The translations under genes were made by a program, and so were the position numbers. The notes under the pieces are model-generated. The model worked only from the letters and a program-made list of their open reading frames with translations. It did not search any database and was not told the DNA's origin. DNA of 64,000 nt from Octopus sinensis (lineage: Eukaryota): positions 10,230,001 to 10,294,000 of the forward strand of contig NC_042999.1 in assembly GCF_006345805.1 (NCBI RefSeq), read 5' to 3'. Every line of letters starts with the position of its first letter. Positions within the stretch are counted from its first letter, which is position 1. This document shows, in pieces, positions 40,119-52,330 of this stretch.

Positions 40119-40309
40119 GCACAAAAGCAAAAGTAAATGCGTTGGTAAATGAGTGCATTGGAATGTTAGTCAAGTTTGTAGATTTGAACAACAACAGCAG
40201 CAGCAACAACAACAACAACAACAACGACGTTATCAGCAATAATATTAGATCGTGAAATGTGAATAAGTAGATAAAACCAAATATATTCATGTAAATTATA
40301 AACAATAAT

Positions 40310-40700
40310 TGGAGTGGCTGTGTGGTAAGTAGCTTGCTAACCCACCACATGGTTCCGGGTTCAGTCCCACTGCGTGGCACCTTGCGCAAGTGTCTTCTAC
40401 TATAGCCTCGGGCCGACCAATGCCTTGTGAGTGGATTTGGTAGACGGAAACTGAAAGAAGCCCGTCGTATATATGTATGTATATATATATGTGTGTGTGT
40501 ATGTTTGTGTGTCTGTGTTTGTCTCTCTATCATTGCTTGACAACCGATGCTGGTGTGTTTACGTCCCCGTCACTTAGCGGTTCGGCAAAAGAGACCGATA
40601 GAATAAGTACTGGGCTTACAAAGAATAGGTCCCGGGGTCGATTTGCTCGACTAAAGGCGGTGCTCCAGCATGGCTGAAACAAGTAAAATGACAAGTAAAA
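40310..40700 (+). mobile_element. SINE family B, near full length
   Basis: Head, GGCACCTTGCGCAAGTG CORE-like box, internal microsatellite, tail. Confidence 0.9.
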
Positions 40701-41717
40701 TGACTAATAAACCGAAATCTAAGATCTTGTTGAAATATGCGAATATTACTCTACACGCAATAAAGACATCCACTGCATCTGTCGCTTAACATTTTGCCTT
40801 GTCTGTGCAAATATAGAGATATAGATATATAATGGACTCAGCAGTCGTAAATGGCAGACGAGGGCTGCGTAACTTCTTGCCAATCAACCCGCACAAATGA
40901 TTTGCTTATAGTGATCAAATGTCTGTACTGTACACGAGCTCGCTCCCTCCTTCCAATCAACATTGCCCGTACAGTGTGTCACACGTCAAATTTCGAAGTG
41001 ATCACGGAGCAACGTGAAATGATGAAGAGTTTTGCTCAAGAACACAACACACTACCAGGTCCGGGAGTCGAGCTCAAGACCTTACCGTCGTGAGCGCAAC
41101 ATCCTAGCCTGAAGCATACGCCGCACGTGAGGTGTCTTTAATTTCGCTGAATCGTAGCAACGGGGGGAGGGGGTGAAAATTGTTAGTTAAAGAAAGGGGG
41201 CGAACTTATAAAAAGACTGAGAAACACGGGGGGAGAGGAACACTGAATAGAATGCGAATAGAGTAAATAAGAATATGAGGTGGTGGAGGAGGAAAGTAGG
41301 ATATCTATGGTGCCCCCATGTACTGTTTGATACAGAAATACATTTTGATAAACAGACACACACACACAAATATATATACGTATATAAAGTCACTAATGTA
41401 TTTGCACACAACCATTTTGGCATGAACATATGTGTACTTGTTCTATGACTTCCTCTTCAGATTCGTGTATGCACCGGAACCAAATTGGTGAATATTGCAT
41501 ATGTTAAACCAAAGTCGAGTGCCTGCAGACGTACAGACGAGCAAGTGCACAGTAACACACATACGGGGTTACGTACTCATCAGCGCGCCTACAAATTTAC
41601 ATAAACAAAAACGAACGCTCAGGCTTTTGAAAAAGAATACCTATAGGGAAAAGCGACCTGAATAATTATACGATTACTAGTGAGCATGCGTACATATTTA
41701 CATATATGCATACACAT

Positions 41718-41888
41718 AGGAGTGGCTGTGTGGTAAGTAGCTTGTTAACCAACCACATGGTTCCGGGTTCAGTCCTACTGCGTGGCACCTTGGGCAAGTG
41801 TCTTCTACTATAGCCTCGGGCCGACCAAAGCCTTGTGAGTGGATTTGGTAGACAGAAACTGAAAGAAGCTCGTCGTATACATGTATAT

Positions 41889-41957
<69 letters not shown>

Positions 41958-42181
41958 TGGGTGTATTTGTGTTTCTGTGTTTGTCCCCCTAGCATTGCTT
42001 GACAACCGATGCTGGTGTGTTTATGTCCCCGTTACCTAGCGGTTCGGCAAAAGGGACCGATAGAATAGGTTCTAGGTTTACAAAAGAATAAGTCCCGGGG
42101 TCGAGTTGCTCGATTTAAAAAAAGGCGGTGCTCCAGCATGGCCGCAGTCAAATGACTGAAACAAGTAAAAGAGTAAAGAGT
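41718..42181 (+). mobile_element. SINE family B, full length
   Basis: Same architecture with (TA)n expansion at the internal site. Confidence 0.9.
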
Positions 42182-42651
42182 ATACAAAAATATATAGTTA
42201 TACAAACCTATGTACACACAAACTGATACCGGGCATATTGTTGTCACATTCACTCATATAAATAAATAACTATATGACTATCGGACTGTCAGATGTTGTT
42301 ATATCTCGCTCATCACAGTGCGCTTCTGTACAGTTTTAGTTTTAGGCGAGCAGGCCAACATTCCTATCTGAACAAAAGAGGGACTCGAACATCGTGATGT
42401 ACATTACATACATACTTTATTGCATCTCGATGTTTATCTCGCGACTTCAGTTTCATGCCAGCGTGATCTTCTGGCGGGAACATATGTGTATGTATATGTC
42501 TACTTGGGACTTGTTTACAAAGTTATAATTCTGTTCAGTAAGCGCAATTTTTTCAAAAACAAATAACTGAAATCCCAGCATGGCGATATGTGTGTGTGGT
42601 GCATACATATATGCAGATACCTACATATATATGTATATATACATGCATATA

Positions 42652-42990
42652 TGAGTACACGACATCAAAAAAACGTTGAACACGAGAAACGAAAACATAA
42701 AAACAAAACCATAGAAACGAACTTTTTTCGAACAACGAAAAAAAAAACAGAGAAACGAGACATACAACATAAAGAATATTCCCCTCCTTCAGTTGTCCCT
42801 GATTCAACTACTCCGCGTTTTCGAAGGCAAGGACAAGACGCGACTTCATGGAAACAATCCTTCCCGCAAAGCAAATTAAATCAAATTTGGGATTTTTTAC
42901 AAAGGGTGAAAGTGGTAACAAGAACAGGACAGTGAGAACAAAACAGTAAAAACAAACGGTGAGGGCTGTTAAGTCAAGACGATAGAAAAA
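42652..42990 (-). mobile_element. Unclassified dispersed repeat (homolog of 31575-31885)
   Basis: Shared GTCCTGTTC, GCCTTCGAAA and GTACTCA blocks in the same order. Confidence 0.55.
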
Positions 42991-43037
42991 TTATTATGAA
43001 CGCTAGGAAGACGAGCTTATGAAGGAGACAGTATAAG

Positions 43038-43102
<65 letters not shown>

Positions 43103-43130
43103 TATATATATTATATATATATATATATAT

Positions 43131-43332
43131 AGGGAGAGCTTACGAAAAAAAACAAAGGACGAAGACAGGTGGTGTACAAAACAAACAGATGTATTAGTAT
43201 AACGCTCAGGAATAGAAAAAGTCTTTTATGTTTCGAGCCTACGCTCTTCTACAGAAAGGGACACAGAAAAAAACAAGGAGAGAAACAAGGAGAGAAAAAA
43301 TGTGTATAGTGGCTAACGATCTATCATGGCGA
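43131..43332 (-). mobile_element. PLE-type pLTR module with variant hammerhead, in (TA)n
   Basis: Minus 43258-43223: CTTT-CTGTAGA-A-GAGC GTAG GCTC-GAAA-CA-TA-AAAG. Confidence 0.7.
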
Positions 43333-43349
43333 TATATATATATATATAT

Positions 43350-43572
43350 GAGTGTGTCTTTGTGTCTGTACCCCTATCATCACTTGACAACCGATGTTGG
43401 TGTGTTTACATCCCAGTAACATTAGCGGTTCGGCAAAAGAGTCTGATAGAATAAGTACTAGGCTTACAAAGAATAAGTCCTGGGGTTGATTTCTTCGACT
43501 AAAACCCTTTAAGGCGGTGTTCTAGCATGGCCGCAATCAAATGACTGAAACGTGGAAAAGAATAAAAATAAA
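43350..43572 (+). mobile_element. SINE family B, 3' half
   Basis: CTTGACAACCGATGTTGGTGTGTTTAC...CAAATGACTGAAAC. Confidence 0.85.
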
Positions 43573-43575
43573 AGA

Positions 43576-43638
<63 letters not shown>

Positions 43639-44084
43639 TGTGTGTGTGTGTAAAATTAAGCAACATCGCACTTATACAGACAATCATATACTAACACGTA
43701 ATTTTCCTTCGCCTAAACTTAGGCATTTCAACCTTGAGGTGTCAACAACCAAGAGTACGGCAGTGCAAGAGTACGGCAGTGCAAGAGTACATGAGTATAA
43801 GTATGCTGTTGGCTGAAGCTCATTATGGTTAACTATTTTCGTTTTTAATCACATTTTGTTCGTAAAGTTTATTGACACAAGATGGCTCTTCTTTTCCGGA
43901 ATATATCTGCATAGTTTGCTCTGAGGTGATTGCTGTTGTCTTGCATTCCTGCTGCTTGGCATCTAACGCTTGGTGCCTTTAAATCGGTATAGAAAGAGAT
44001 GCAGAATGGAGGGGGTTGAGAGAGAGAGGAGAGACAGACAGACAGACAGACAGACAGATAGAGATAGAGAGAGAGAGAGAAACT

Positions 44085-44122
<38 letters not shown>

Positions 44123-44231
44123 CAGGCAGACAGACAGACAGACAGACAGACAGACAGCCAGGCAGCCAGGCAGACAGGCAGACAGGCAGACAGACAGACA
44201 GACAGACAGACAGACAGGCAGGCAGGCAGGC

Positions 44232-44271
<40 letters not shown>

Positions 44272-44833
44272 CGACAGACAGACAGACAGACGGATGGATG
44301 GATGGATAACTCGGCCAATGTAATCCATGGGCTTATGAGCGTTTCCATGACATACCGCTTGTCTCGACCATTTTACACTTTGAAGAGCCCATCCCTCTCC
44401 ACATCTGACCACCACTAATTTCTTCTTTTGAAGGAGAGAAAATGACATGGGTAAAATAGCGAAGCAGGGGGAACATGTGATGGTAGACGTTGGAAGCAGC
44501 CAATCAATATGACAGATCAATGAGTTCAATTGCCATCAGAGTGATTGAATTTATCGAACTCTTACGTATTGGGAAAAAGTTTTGTGTTGAAGAGTTTGTG
44601 TGGAAGATTAGGATTATGTAGGGGGGAGGGTTATTAGGGGGGAAGGTTTGTGTGAAGTTTGAGGTGCGTGGTAGGGGCGTGAGTGTGTCTGAAGAACATC
44701 GGAATTGAGTTGTGTTTATGATAAAGAAACATGACACGTCTAAACAAAGTCAAAGGAATACATAAAAAATTGTACACAAACACAAGCTGGCCATTGACAT
44801 TCAAGTACGTGTGTGTGTGTGTGTGTGCGTGCA

Positions 44834-44865
<32 letters not shown>

Positions 44866-45008
44866 CGTGCGTGTGTGCGTGTTTGTGCGTGTGTGCGTTT
44901 GTGTGTGCGTGTGCGTGCGTGTGTGTGTGTGTTCGCCTACTTGCGCATGTATATATAGATAGATATTATTTCCTCGAACCTGCTAGCTTCGTGCTAAAAA
45001 TTTGAAAA

Positions 45009-45039
<31 letters not shown>

Positions 45040-45065
45040 GCTACTACTACTACTACTACTACTAC

Positions 45066-45230
45066 TAAGGCAGCGAGCTAGCAGAATCGTTGGCACGGTG
45101 GAAGAAATGCTGAGCGGTATTTCGCCCGTTGCTACGTTCTGAGTTCAAATTCCGCCGAGGTTGACTTTGCCTATCATTCACGTGAGGTCAATAAAGTAGG
45201 TCATCTCTAAGCACTAGAGTCGATGTCCCG
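45066..45230 (+). mobile_element. Nin-domain SINE family A
   Basis: TAAGGCAGCGAGCTAGCAGAATCG head after (CTA)n. Confidence 0.82.
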
Positions 45231-45426
45231 CAATAATTCGAGCTTCATTCGAGCCACATATATATATTCTCTGCAACATGTATTGAGTTCTCCTTTTTCA
45301 TTCATTCGACATTAAGTAACATAAGTAATGATCAGTTCCTGAGTATTGAAAGCCCCAGAATCCAATTTTTCCCAGCTTCATACACGTTCAAATACCGACG
45401 GTCTAAGGAATCCTGCAACTGAACAT

Positions 45427-45459
<33 letters not shown>

Positions 45460-45461
<2 letters not shown>

Positions 45462-45862
45462 GCGCAGGAGTGGCTGTGTGGTAAGTAGCTTGCTAACCAA
45501 CCACATGGTTCCGGGTTCAGTCCCACTGCGTGGCATCTTGGGCAAGTGTCTTCTGCTGTAGCCCCGGGCCGACCAATGCCATGTGAGTGGATTTGGTAGA
45601 CGGAAACTGAAAGAAGCCTGTCGTATATATGTATATATATAAATGTATGTGTGTATTTGTGTGTCTGTGTTTGTCCCCCTAGCATCGCTTGACAACCGAT
45701 GCTGGTGTGTTTACGTCCCCGTCACTTAGCGGTTCGGCAAAAAGAGACCGATAGAATAATACTGGGCTTACAAAGAATAAGTCCCGGGGTCGATTTGCTC
45801 GACTAAAGGCGGTGCTCCAGCATGGCCGCAGTCAAATGACTGAAACAAGTAAAAGGTAAAAG
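45460..45862 (+). mobile_element. SINE family B, full length
   Basis: GGCGCAGGAGTGGCTGTGTGGTAAG A box, GGTTCAGTCC B-like box, CORE-like TTGGGCAAGTG, tail. Confidence 0.92.
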
Positions 45863-45999
45863 ATAACAGATATAATTTCGCCGAGGTCGACTTTACCTAA
45901 AATTAGTACCAGTTATGCACTGGGGTCGAAGTAAATGACTTAATGCCTTCACCCAAATTTGAGACCTTGTGCTTCCAGTAGAAAAGATTATATACACAC

Positions 46000-46033
<34 letters not shown>

Positions 46034-46125
46034 ATATATATATATATATATATACATACACACACACACTCAAACACACATACACATGTATGTGTGTATG
46101 AATGGAGTTATATGGTTGTATAATG

Positions 46126-46160
<35 letters not shown>

Positions 46161-46888
46161 AACAAACGCTAATACTAAACAATACCATTACTGTTTATTA
46201 GCCACCTCTTTTTCTTTTTCTTTTTCCTTTTTTCATAAATTTATCTCTAATCTCCCCCTTGTCACCTCTTTCTGTGGAAAACTAGTTTTGTTTGTTACTC
46301 ACAGCTGACAGTTTTGATAATGAGTTAATTGGTTTCAAATCTCTATCAAACCACTTAATATTCCGTTTTTATGCTGGTTTCTTTGTTTGTTGGTTGGTTG
46401 AGTTTTTCATTTTTATTTTCTTCACATTCTTTCTTTCTTCCTTCCATTCTTTCTCTCTGGCCTCCCTACTTGATGGCGTTTTAAAGCAAAGAGGATTTGA
46501 AACGAAACACATAAACGACATTTTATCGTTTCGCGCCTGTTTACTCAGACATTGATAAATAAACGCATGCAAATACATACATACTCACATATATATACCC
46601 ATATACACATAAGTACATAAACACATGCTTACATACATGTATATATACAAATACACACATATACGCACACACAAACAGATACATATACATATTTACACAC
46701 ATAATTACACACATATATACACACACACTACACACTTATAACACAAATGCATACATATACACATACATACATACATACACGAATTCATATAGAGATAAAT
46801 ACATACACATACATACATATATACATACACATACATACATATATACATACACATACATACATATATACATACACATACATATATACAT

Positions 46889-46933
<45 letters not shown>

Positions 46934-48773
46934 TAAAACACACAAAACATATGTACATATATACCTAAGTACGGACACATACGCATCTTCATACAGACAG
47001 ACAGACAGACAGACAAGTTTACACTGAAATCAACTCCTAAAGCTCATTAGAAAAGTAAAAGAATCACGTGATTTGCAATGGCGTCCATTACAGATTGGAG
47101 GACATCTTAAAACTAAAAGCATTGAGTGAGAGTTTATACAAACAAGGTTTAGCGGGAAGGAGAACTCTATTGATGTTTCCAATGTATTACTGGTATCTGA
47201 TTAACAGTGGTATGGTGATGTTTAGTATTTGGTGACGGGGGAATGACAAGAAGCAAGCAGTACTGTTGGGATGAGAAATTCGCTTCACAACCGCTTGATT
47301 CCAAGTTCAATCTCACTGCGCGGTACCTGGCTGGAATGCCTTCCATCAAAACCTCCGGAAGAACAATACTTCGAGGATTAAATTTGGTAGTAGGAAAATT
47401 CTTTCAAGAAGCTTATATTTATGAATGTACGTGTGTATGTATGCATCAGTTTGTGTGTGTGTGTGTGTATTGTGCTTAAGCACTATAAAAGTATATCCGC
47501 TGAATTCAAGATGAAAGTAAACTGACCGGAAGTGGCGACAGTAAAATCCGATAATTTCGTGTAAACTGTGGTTTGATTAGATGGGTGATGGATATTCGGT
47601 TAGCTTGCGTGTTATTCTCATTTAAAAACCAAGTCACCATAAAAAGTTCTCAACGGGTCACACTTATTTACATAAAGACATTACAGAGACTAGTAAGAAT
47701 GTTAAGCTAAATGTGAGGAGTGTGTCCATGTGTTGAAAGAGATAACAAAATGTCATTTCTGATGAGAAGCTCTTTTAACATGGCTGCCAGTAAACCAAGA
47801 ATATAACGAACTCTGCTAAGCTTCTCTCTTCTTTAACTAGTCTTTCCCGTGCATGTCAATCTATGACCATATTTTAGTGAGAATTTGCGTAGAAATTTCC
47901 ATTTAAACCATGTGATCACATGAATCCACCTGTCGGAATACAGGGCAAAATCGTCTGACATTTCGTGGTCTTTTTCTTGTTACTGAGATATCAGGATTTC
48001 AAACTACACGCATTCAGTGTGTTTGTCGCGACATGAGCACGAATGAAAATAATAAAAGTGTAGCGAAAAACCATTATAAGGCAAAAAAAAGCAATGTGTG
48101 ACACATACCCAATATTGGTGGGGGGGAGAAAACTAGCAAAGAAAAAACATCATAGAATAAGCGCATAGAAATGGAATTCGTGCCTAGACTGAGGTGCCAT
48201 GCGGAAAGTTATCTGCGAAAAACTGCAGGGTCAAAGTGTTGCTGATATGAATATAGCACGCAGATAAAGTGTAGTAGAAAGAACGGTCACAAGATAGAGA
48301 AAATTACATGAAAACTAGAGTAAAGTCTAAGTTCTAAAATGCTAACTGGCGACACAGCAAAGAAGGCAAAGGATTAAAATGCAAAATAGAAAAGCAAAAG
48401 GCGTGCAGCTTTAAACTAACCCTGTCACGCTGTAATCTCGCAAGAGCGGGAATAGGTTAAACCTCATCTCTGCCGGATTCCTGCTAAAGCGGTAATGAAG
48501 AATACACGTAGAAAAAGATGCAGCCGATTCGGTCCATTAGTTTGCCTGCGATTGTTACTCTTGAGGAACCGTGTAAACAACTATTTAATTTTTGCCCAAC
48601 GGGGGCGCAGTTGGGGGGTAAAGTCAGACACAGGCGCCCAAATCTCTGAGAGGATTGGGGCGAATAAAACGAATTGTCCATATTTAGAGTTCATGAATGC
48701 AAAATTATAACACGATAAGCACGTGCAAAGAGAGAAAGGAACTAGTTATATACAATAATCCTCTTATGTACAT

Positions 48774-48812
<39 letters not shown>

Positions 48813-48959
48813 TGTGTGTGTGTGTGCGTGTGCGTGTGTGTGTGTGTGTGTGATATATGAAGAAAACTGTTTTTGAGCAGGTAAGGGTTCCGCAAAAGCT
48901 TTCCTAAGCTGATCAATGTTGGCTGCGTCTCGTTTTCCTTGAATGTGTTTGAGTGTCGT

Positions 48960-49975
48960 CTGAAGAAGAGAATATGGACGAGATCAAAGGATGCTTTACT
49001 ACATCATTACGGACGAAAACACAAGTGCAAGCCTTCACATCAGATGGACCATACGTTTTAATCGACTGAGCTCTCACAATCATGGGAAATGAGTCCACCA
49101 TGAAGCGTCGCAATCTTTGAACACAGCCAGTTAGGGCTGTGCCGCTGGTCATTTGTTCCAGCTGCCACCTGACCCGGCAGATTGAGTACAGAGCCGTACA
49201 GGAGTTCTGCTGGAGAGTAGCCATGGTCTTCTTTAACTGTTGTACGTAAAGCGAATAATACAGCAGGAAGCTATTCTAACTCTCCCCGAGTCGACGTACG
49301 CCCGTAAAGCTGTCTTGAGTTGACGACCGAAGCGTTCAGTTGTCCCGTTGCAAGGAAGATGAGAGGCTTTGGTACAAATTCGTTCTTAATAGAACAGCTT
49401 GCTCAGTGAATTGACTAGATTCAAAATGTCGATCGCTGTCTGTTGTGATCGGAGTTTGGGTAAGAGAACGTGAAAACCAGTCGGCAACCAAAGCCTTTGC
49501 AACCCTTATAGATGAAATATCCTTAATAAGAGGTAGTTTCAGGTCATCTTGAAAAACGGTCTATGCAAGTTAACAGATACGTTTTGTCCGGGACAGGAGA
49601 CAAAGGATCAACAATATCCACGTAAATATATCGGAAACGTGCTTCAGGAGCAGCAAAAGTTCTTAAAGATGCCTTAAGGTGGCGGTTAGTTTTGTTGTTG
49701 AGATTAACCATATGGCATCCAATTACTGAGATATCGGGGTTGGATACAAAATCTGGGAAACATAACCAATGTATAGAATGTGAAGCGACGCGAACAACGC
49801 CACCACTTCCTGTCAGTTCTTTCTGTACAATACAGGAGCCGTGCAGGAATATTACATTGCTCGCATGTAGCTGTGGTGGCCGTCATGCCTCGTCGCCATG
49901 GAAGCCACCAAATTGCTTTCTCAATGCTTTCACTCATACGTTAGGATGGTGTCGCTCAGCTGCTACTTTTGAAAT
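48960..49975 (-). pseudogene. Ty3/Gypsy integrase remnant
   Basis: Minus strand reads ARFRYIYVDIVDPL...YLLTCIDRFSR*PE, then TTDSDRHFESS, then CVFVRNDVVKHPL (integrase core and GPY/F-proximal motif); stops and frameshifts. Confidence 0.8.
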
Positions 49976-50013
49976 ATTTCAAATATCGGTGGAAGGTACG
50001 GCACACATATGGT

Positions 50014-50170
50014 CACTAGTGCAGCTAGGCGGGGGAGGCAGTAGTGGCGGTCCGCCCCGGCGGCACTTTTAAAGGGATACCAATTATGGGTCAGCTGTAT
50101 ACAATATGTTTGGGGGGGGGGGTAAACGGAAGGGCTGCCCCGAGCGGCACGCACTCTAGCTACGCTTGTG
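50014..50170. mobile_element. hAT-type MITE
   Basis: Imperfect TIRs CACTAGTGCAGCTAG / CTAGCTACGCTTGTG; 8-bp TSD CATATGGT / CTTATGGT (one mismatch). Confidence 0.7.
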
Positions 50171-50178
50171 CTTATGGT

Positions 50179-50310
50179 CGCTTTTCATCCTTTCGGGGTC
50201 GATAAATTAAGTACCAGTTACGCACTGGGGTCGATGTAATTGACTTAATCCCTTTGTCTGTCCTTGTTTGTCCCTTCTGTGTTTAGCCCCTTGTGGGTAG
50301 TAAAGAAATA
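50179..50310 (+). mobile_element. Nin-domain SINE family A, 3' part
   Basis: CTTTTCATCCTTTCGGGGTCGATAAATTAAGTACCAG...GTAGTAAAGAAATA. Confidence 0.85.
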
Positions 50311-50864
50311 TACATAATGAAGGAGTTCGCTAAACAGAATTTGGGGATTTCATCAGTTCTCTTCACAGAACTATGGGATGTCACTGTCGTCACTTCGGAT
50401 CAGTATACTTTAACCCTTTTTCAAACCCCTAAGTTGCATGTTAACCACAGAGCGTTCTTCGATCTTATATAGAAAAAATAGCATGATCTCCAAACAGAAA
50501 CTTTTCTAAATTTCTTCTATAAGTTTTTTTTTTTTTTTTTTTTTTTTTGCGTGAGTGAATTAATTTTAAGAATACATTTGCATCTGTTTATTGAGATTAC
50601 AGTTTTGTCTTAGCATGACCAACAACATTAATGTTGAAATTCAAAATTGATTGCTAGAATTGGTACCAATTCTCTAAAGAAAAGAAACGTCCAATGTAGT
50701 TAAAAGTACATTATTTACATTCGACAGATATTTGTCCTCATCTTGTTTGTTCTTAACACGTTTCGGCTGATATACCTTCCAGCCTTCATTAGGTGTCTTC
50801 TTGGGGAAATTTCGAACATGGGTTCTCATTCCTAAGGTATGTTATTATTATTATTATTATTATT

Positions 50865-51395
50865 GAGTGAGAGAGCAGTGCATGCCATCAAAGTAACATT
50901 GCGGTAAAATATACGAAGCCCATCATGACTACCCGTCTGATAAGGGTACACCAGGCACATGCATCACAACCATATGTGCGCGACATGATGATCTCATATC
51001 AAGATAAACAGCACATGACCTTGCAGGTGTGGCCCAGTTAGAATTTTCTTCTGGTCGAGTAACCTATCCTGCTCAAAAGGTCCCTGAGTAAGGGTTGTTT
51101 AAGGATGTTGAACGAAACACCCATGTTTCCAGAGGTGAATTATTCAAACCCCAAAGAATCCCTCTCAACACACGGCTATGATGCTCCCCCACTACTTCTG
51201 CTCGTGATCAGAGATGCACATATCGTCAGCCACTAAGGGACATGCTCAACTGGTTAAGGTCAAACAACTGACAAGCAAATCTGTTGTATTGAGCAGAATA
51301 TTTGCTGTAGCCGATCTTTTATACCAAGACAAAACAATGTACATGATAACACTTCCAATCAGTTAAGATCAGAAGTACCACTGCCTGGTACTGCA
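50865..51395. mobile_element. Unclassified element of about 550 bp inserted in (TTA)n
   Basis: Near-identical inverted copy at 59311-59866, also within (TAA)n. Confidence 0.85.
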
Positions 51396-51441
51396 TTATT
51401 ATTATTATTATTATTAATATTATTATTATTATTATTATTAA

Positions 51442-51473
<32 letters not shown>

Positions 51474-51728
51474 TCACTGCCTGGAATCGAACTCAAAATC
51501 TTGAGGTTAGTAGCCAGCGTTCTTAACCCCTACACCATATGCCCGTATGGCGTAGTGGTTAAGAGTTAAGTGGCCCACGGCATATGGTGTAGTTAAGTGG
51601 CCCACTAACACTAAGATTCCGAGTTCGATTCCAGGCAGTGACCTGAATAATAATATTATGATGATGATGATGATGATAACATCGAAAATGCCTTAGGAAT
51701 GAGAACCCAGGTTCGAAATTTCCCCCCA

Positions 51729-51772
51729 GGCACCTGATGAAGACGAGAGTATATCAGCCGAAACGTTGTGTT
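51729..51772 (+). ncRNA. Minimal type I hammerhead ribozyme motif
   Basis: GGCAC-CTGATGA(51734-51740)-A-...CAGCC-GAAA(51760-51763)-CG-TT-GTGTT; the opposite arm (50755-50797, -) keeps stem II GGCTG/CAGCC intact. Confidence 0.7.
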
Positions 51773-52135
51773 GACAACAAACAAGATGAGGACAAATATC
51801 CGTCAAATGTAAATAATGTCCATAATTGCTCGTCTCTTAAATATAGAACTGTATGTAGTTAAACGGTTATAAAATTTTCATTGGATATTTCAACGAAGAC
51901 AGCAAATGAGAAGAATCGAAAGAGGTTCCCAATGAAATTAACTCCCCATCTTCATTGATGGGTACCGTCGGTCAAGATAAGACAAGTTGGATGGAATCTT
52001 ACACGTGTGTGTGGGGGGACGGCTTACGAAGCGGTTTCACTTTACACTTACATTAGGAACACCGCGGTAGAGATGGAGAGAGATGGAGAGAGATGGGGAG
52101 AGATAGGGAAACGCACGTCGTCTCTTTGTAGGCAT

Positions 52136-52330
52136 ATCATCATCATCATCATCATCGTCATCGTTTAACGTCCGTTTTCCGCGCTAGCATGGGTTGGACG
52201 GTTCGACCGGGGTCTGGGAAGCCAGGAGGCTGCACCAGGCTCCAATCTGATCTGGCAGTGTTTCTACTGCTGGATGCCCTTCCTAACGCCAGCCACTCCG
52301 AGAGTGTAGTGGGTGCTTTTTACGTGCCAC
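52136..52330 (-). mobile_element. RTE-related SINE 3' part hosting the tandem array
   Basis: Reverse complement of 31170-31353 including the (ATC)n tail. Confidence 0.85.

Larger units (their letters stand above)
50705..51852. mobile_element. Inverted (head-to-head) tRNA-headed, hammerhead-containing element with 11-bp TSD
   Basis: TSD ATGTAGTTAAA at 50694-50704 and 51853-51863; tRNA-like heads 51468-51543 (-) and 51545-51647 (+); bodies 50708-50840 and 51690-51820 are reverse complements; right arm has about 30 bp extra. Confidence 0.85.

Noticed and set aside
47475-48420. Possible LTR/PBS for the Gypsy remnant, or a piggyBac fragment
   Set aside because: No paired LTRs, TSD or convincing catalytic motifs found
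51468-51647. tRNA genes (also 26890-26960, 29948-30020)
   Set aside because: A/B boxes present but acceptor and anticodon stems are incomplete, and each is fused to a repeat body; SINE heads
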